Made by a program: the position numbers and the translations under genes. Shown here one piece after another: positions 61,871 through 64,000 of a stretch of 64,000 bases of DNA (position 1 is the stretch's first letter; each line of letters opens with the position of its first letter). This DNA is from an uncultured beta proteobacterium. GTDB taxonomy: Bacteria; Pseudomonadota; Gammaproteobacteria; Burkholderiales; Casimicrobiaceae. The stretch spans positions 156,350 to 220,349 of the forward strand of contig CAWJMQ010000023.1 in the NCBI GenBank assembly GCA_963844005.1, given 5' to 3'. Under the pieces are notes generated by a model, which was not told the DNA's origin, searched no databases, and saw only the letters and a list, made by a program, of their open reading frames with translations.

Positions 61871-61966
61871 TTACATCAGAATGTTCTTGGCGGCGAGATA
61901 CAGGATCACCGTCAGGATCAGGCCGGAGATGATCGTGCCCCAAATGGAATCAAGCGGGTTCTTCAT
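61871..61966 (-). CDS. Small hydrophobic protein (31 aa), candidate
   Basis: MKNPLDSIWGTIISGLILTVILYLAAKNILM. The ATG at 61966 lies 6 nt after GAGGAGG. The stop is 14 nt upstream of the next gene's ATG. One predicted TM helix. Confidence 0.4.
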   Translation of the reverse strand: MKNPLDSIWGTIISGLILTVILYLAAKNILM

Positions 61967-62263
61967 CGTCATCCTCCTCGTTTTGCGGTTGATGCCGCGC
62001 GCCATTCTAGCAATTGCGCACCGATCGGACCACCGGCGTATGGCACGTCGGGGGTCATTCGAATTCGGCGGCGTCGGCCGACGGGGTTCGCGCCGGGCGA
62101 AGGTCGCCCTGACGCGCTGTGGCGAAGTGCGCCGTGCCACGCTTGTCGGACGGCTATGCCGGGAACATAATTGACAACGGAGATCCTGTACGAGTTGCCG
62201 ACCCCTAGATGACGAGCGGCTTGATTTGGGCCGCCGCACGCAACCGATCAATCAGAAACCAAA

Positions 62264-63505
62264 ATGGCGTTCTTTTCGAAACCGCCCGCAAAGAAAAAGC
62301 CGGAGCTCGTGAAATCCGACGCGTTGCGCCGCGCCGGGTCGCCGACCGCGGGCGGGCAAAGCCCCGCGGTGCGTGGGCTCCCGGCGCAGGCTGCACCCGG
62401 ACAGCGACGGCCACAGACGGGGCTCGGGGGCGGCGGCGACACGCTTGCCGGAGCGAGCGTGATGCCGTGGGCGCCCGGGCAGACGTTCTTCGAGGTTGCG
62501 CAGGCCAATCCCGGATTGTGTGCGGTGCTCGAAAATGCCGCATTGCACTTTGCGAGCGGGCAGGCGGCGGAGGCGCGCACCCTGCTCGAACAGGGGATCG
62601 AAAGCGACGCCGACACCAAGATCTCGTCGCTTGCCTGGCTCGCGCTGTTCGATCTGATGCAACGGGACGGCGACAAGGCGGCATTCGAACGGCTGTCGAT
62701 GCAATACCTCGCCCAGTTCGAGAGTTCGGCGCCGGCATGGGAAACCAAGACGAATGCGCAGGCCGAACCGCGGACCCTGGGCGGATACATTGCGCTCACC
62801 GGGCGGTTGACCGAGTCGTCGGCGAAGCAGCTCGAAGGACTCAAACGCGCGATTGCGAGACGCGCGGAGTCGACGAAGCTCGATCTGACGTCGGTGCACG
62901 GCTTCGATGCTGCCGGTGCGCGTCTTCTTGCCGACGCACTGGCCGAAACGCGCCGGACCAGGCTCGGACTGCAGCTGCAGATTGGAGATCAGCTGCTCCC
63001 CGAGATTGACGAAACGCTCAAGAAGGGCCGTGAAGCGGGCGAGGGCGTGTGGCTCCTTTCGCTCGAATTGCTGCAGTGGACAAACGATCTTGCGAGATTC
63101 GAGGACCGAGCCGTCGATTTTGCCGTCACCTTCGAACTGTCGCCGCCATCTTGGGAGCCGCCGGTAGTGTCCACGGCGCCCTCCGAAACGCCGCAAAGTG
63201 CACATGCTCCCGGCATCGAATCGGGCGACCCCGAGGTATTGAAGTGGTCGGGTGTGTTGGCAGGTTCGATTGCGCCACTGCTCAGCAAGCTCGCCGATTC
63301 CGCGCACGACAAGGCGGTCGTGGTCGTGGACATGAGCGAGGTCGAGCGCATCGATTTTGTCTGCGCCGGCGCGCTTCTCAACGTGATCACCCGGATAGAG
63401 TCGCAGCGCAAAGCGTTCCAGATCGTCGGCGCGTCGCCGATCGTCCGGGCGCTCATGCTGCTTCTGGGGATCCCGCCGCGGAATTTCGTCAAGAAGTCGC
63501 AATAG
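62264..63505 (+). CDS. Protein with low-complexity N-terminus, TPR-like segment and two STAS-like domains
   Basis: 413-aa ORF. STAS-like blocks are [22 protein letters not shown] and [22 protein letters not shown]. The domain calls come from sequence pattern only. Confidence 0.6.
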   Translation: MAFFSKPPAKKKPELVKSDALRRAGSPTAGGQSPAVRGLPAQAAPGQRRPQTGLGGGGDTLAGASVMPWAPGQTFFEVAQANPGLCAVLENAALHFASGQAAEARTLLEQGIESDADTKISSLAWLALFDLMQRDGDKAAFERLSMQYLAQFESSAPAWETKTNAQAEPRTLGGYIALTGRLTESSAKQLEGLKRAIARRAESTKLDLTSVHGFDAAGARLLADALAETRRTRLGLQLQIGDQLLPEIDETLKKGREAGEGVWLLSLELLQWTNDLARFEDRAVDFAVTFELSPPSWEPPVVSTAPSETPQSAHAPGIESGDPEVLKWSGVLAGSIAPLLSKLADSAHDKAVVVVDMSEVERIDFVCAGALLNVITRIESQRKAFQIVGASPIVRALMLLLGIPPRNFVKKSQ

Positions 63506-63647
63506 GGGTTACGCTGCCCCTGCGGCACGTCGGAGCCTTCGGGCACGCGGGTCCCCGCGACCAATCCGTCTGCCGTGCAGCCTCCCGACGGCGTGCGGTG
63601 GGACGGGTCGCGCCCGCGCCGCTTCTGCACTCCGGAGCTTGTTGGAC

Positions 63648-64000
63648 ATGGAAACCTTTCACGGCACCACGATTCTCTCGGTCCGCCGCGATGGCGGGGT
63701 TGCGCTCGGCGGCGATGGCCAAGTTACGCTGGGCACCGTTGTCGTCAAGGCGACGGCGCGCAAAGTGCGCCGTCTGTACAACGACCGTGTGCTCGCCGGA
63801 TTCGCCGGTGCGACGGCGGACGCGTTCACGCTGTTCGAGCGGTTCGAGGCGAAGCTCGACAAGCATCAGGGCCAACTGGTGCGCGCTGCCGTGGAGCTTG
63901 CGAAGGACTGGCGCTCCGACCGCATACTTCGTCGCCTGGAAGCGATGCTCGCGGTCGCCGACCGTGGCGCGTCGCTCATCATCACGGGCACGGGAGACGT
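63648..64000 (+). CDS. hslV: ATP-dependent protease subunit HslV (partial; continues beyond the window)
   Basis: The frame is open to the window end, so it is not in the ORF track. [29 protein letters not shown]...[28 protein letters not shown]...[10 protein letters not shown] is collinear with E. coli HslV, including the N-terminal catalytic Thr. Confidence 0.95.
   Translation, partial: METFHGTTILSVRRDGGVALGGDGQVTLGTVVVKATARKVRRLYNDRVLAGFAGATADAFTLFERFEAKLDKHQGQLVRAAVELAKDWRSDRILRRLEAMLAVADRGASLIITGTGD

Overview
GC-rich (roughly 65-68% by eye) chromosomal segment. Gene content and synteny look betaproteobacterial, probably Burkholderiales (Bug/TctC-TctB-TctA transporter, holA-lptE-leuS, pyrC/dksA/hslV neighbourhood); the taxon is inference only. 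I support about 60 protein-coding genes or pseudogenes and one ncRNA (RNase P RNA, 59240-59579, minus strand). I saw no rRNA, tRNA or CRISPR array. Layout: (1) 0-1.9 kb: patatin-like lipase and proline iminopeptidase. (2) 1.9-17.3 kb: an acid-sugar catabolic supercluster around a GntR regulator, with three dehydratases (two enolase-superfamily, one UxaA/GarD), an SDR+FAH tail, a Zn-ADH, a TRAP transporter whose binding-protein gene is frameshifted, a sugar ABC transporter and a co-transcribed cytochrome c. (3) 17.4-25.1 kb: TctCBA, a class V aminotransferase and a YdiJ-like FAD/Fe-S dehydrogenase. (4) 25.2-29.1 kb: a tightly packed six-gene minus-strand array (OsmC, PA0069-type radical SAM, RraA-like, orphan SAF domain, GT2, hypothetical) with no obvious pathway logic. 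(5) 29.2-35.9 kb: housekeeping genes (metY, rsmE and others). (6) 35.9-40.3 kb: a lower-GC islet with a truncated IS110 transposase, aqpZ, two small secreted proteins and gene remnants. (7) 40.3-53.9 kb: holA-lptE-leuS, a GDT1-family protein, DsbD plus a redoxin, a 270-bp element bounded by inverted repeats, and an HlyD/ABC-2 exporter. (8) 53.9-64 kb: hslU lies alone on the minus strand, while hslV sits 8.4 kb away on the plus strand; between them are two tandem frameshifted SodC-like lipoprotein genes, fabI, rnpB, pyrC, dksA and a double-STAS protein. I found no recognisable defence, toxin or secretion system. The best candidates for something undescribed are the 25-29 kb operon and the multi-dehydratase sugar-acid locus. 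At least four apparent indel frameshifts (t7076, a55850, about 56.1 kb, G5 run 56419-56423) may be real gene decay or assembly error. Many long ORFs in the six-frame track are GC-driven antisense artefacts and are not reported as genes.
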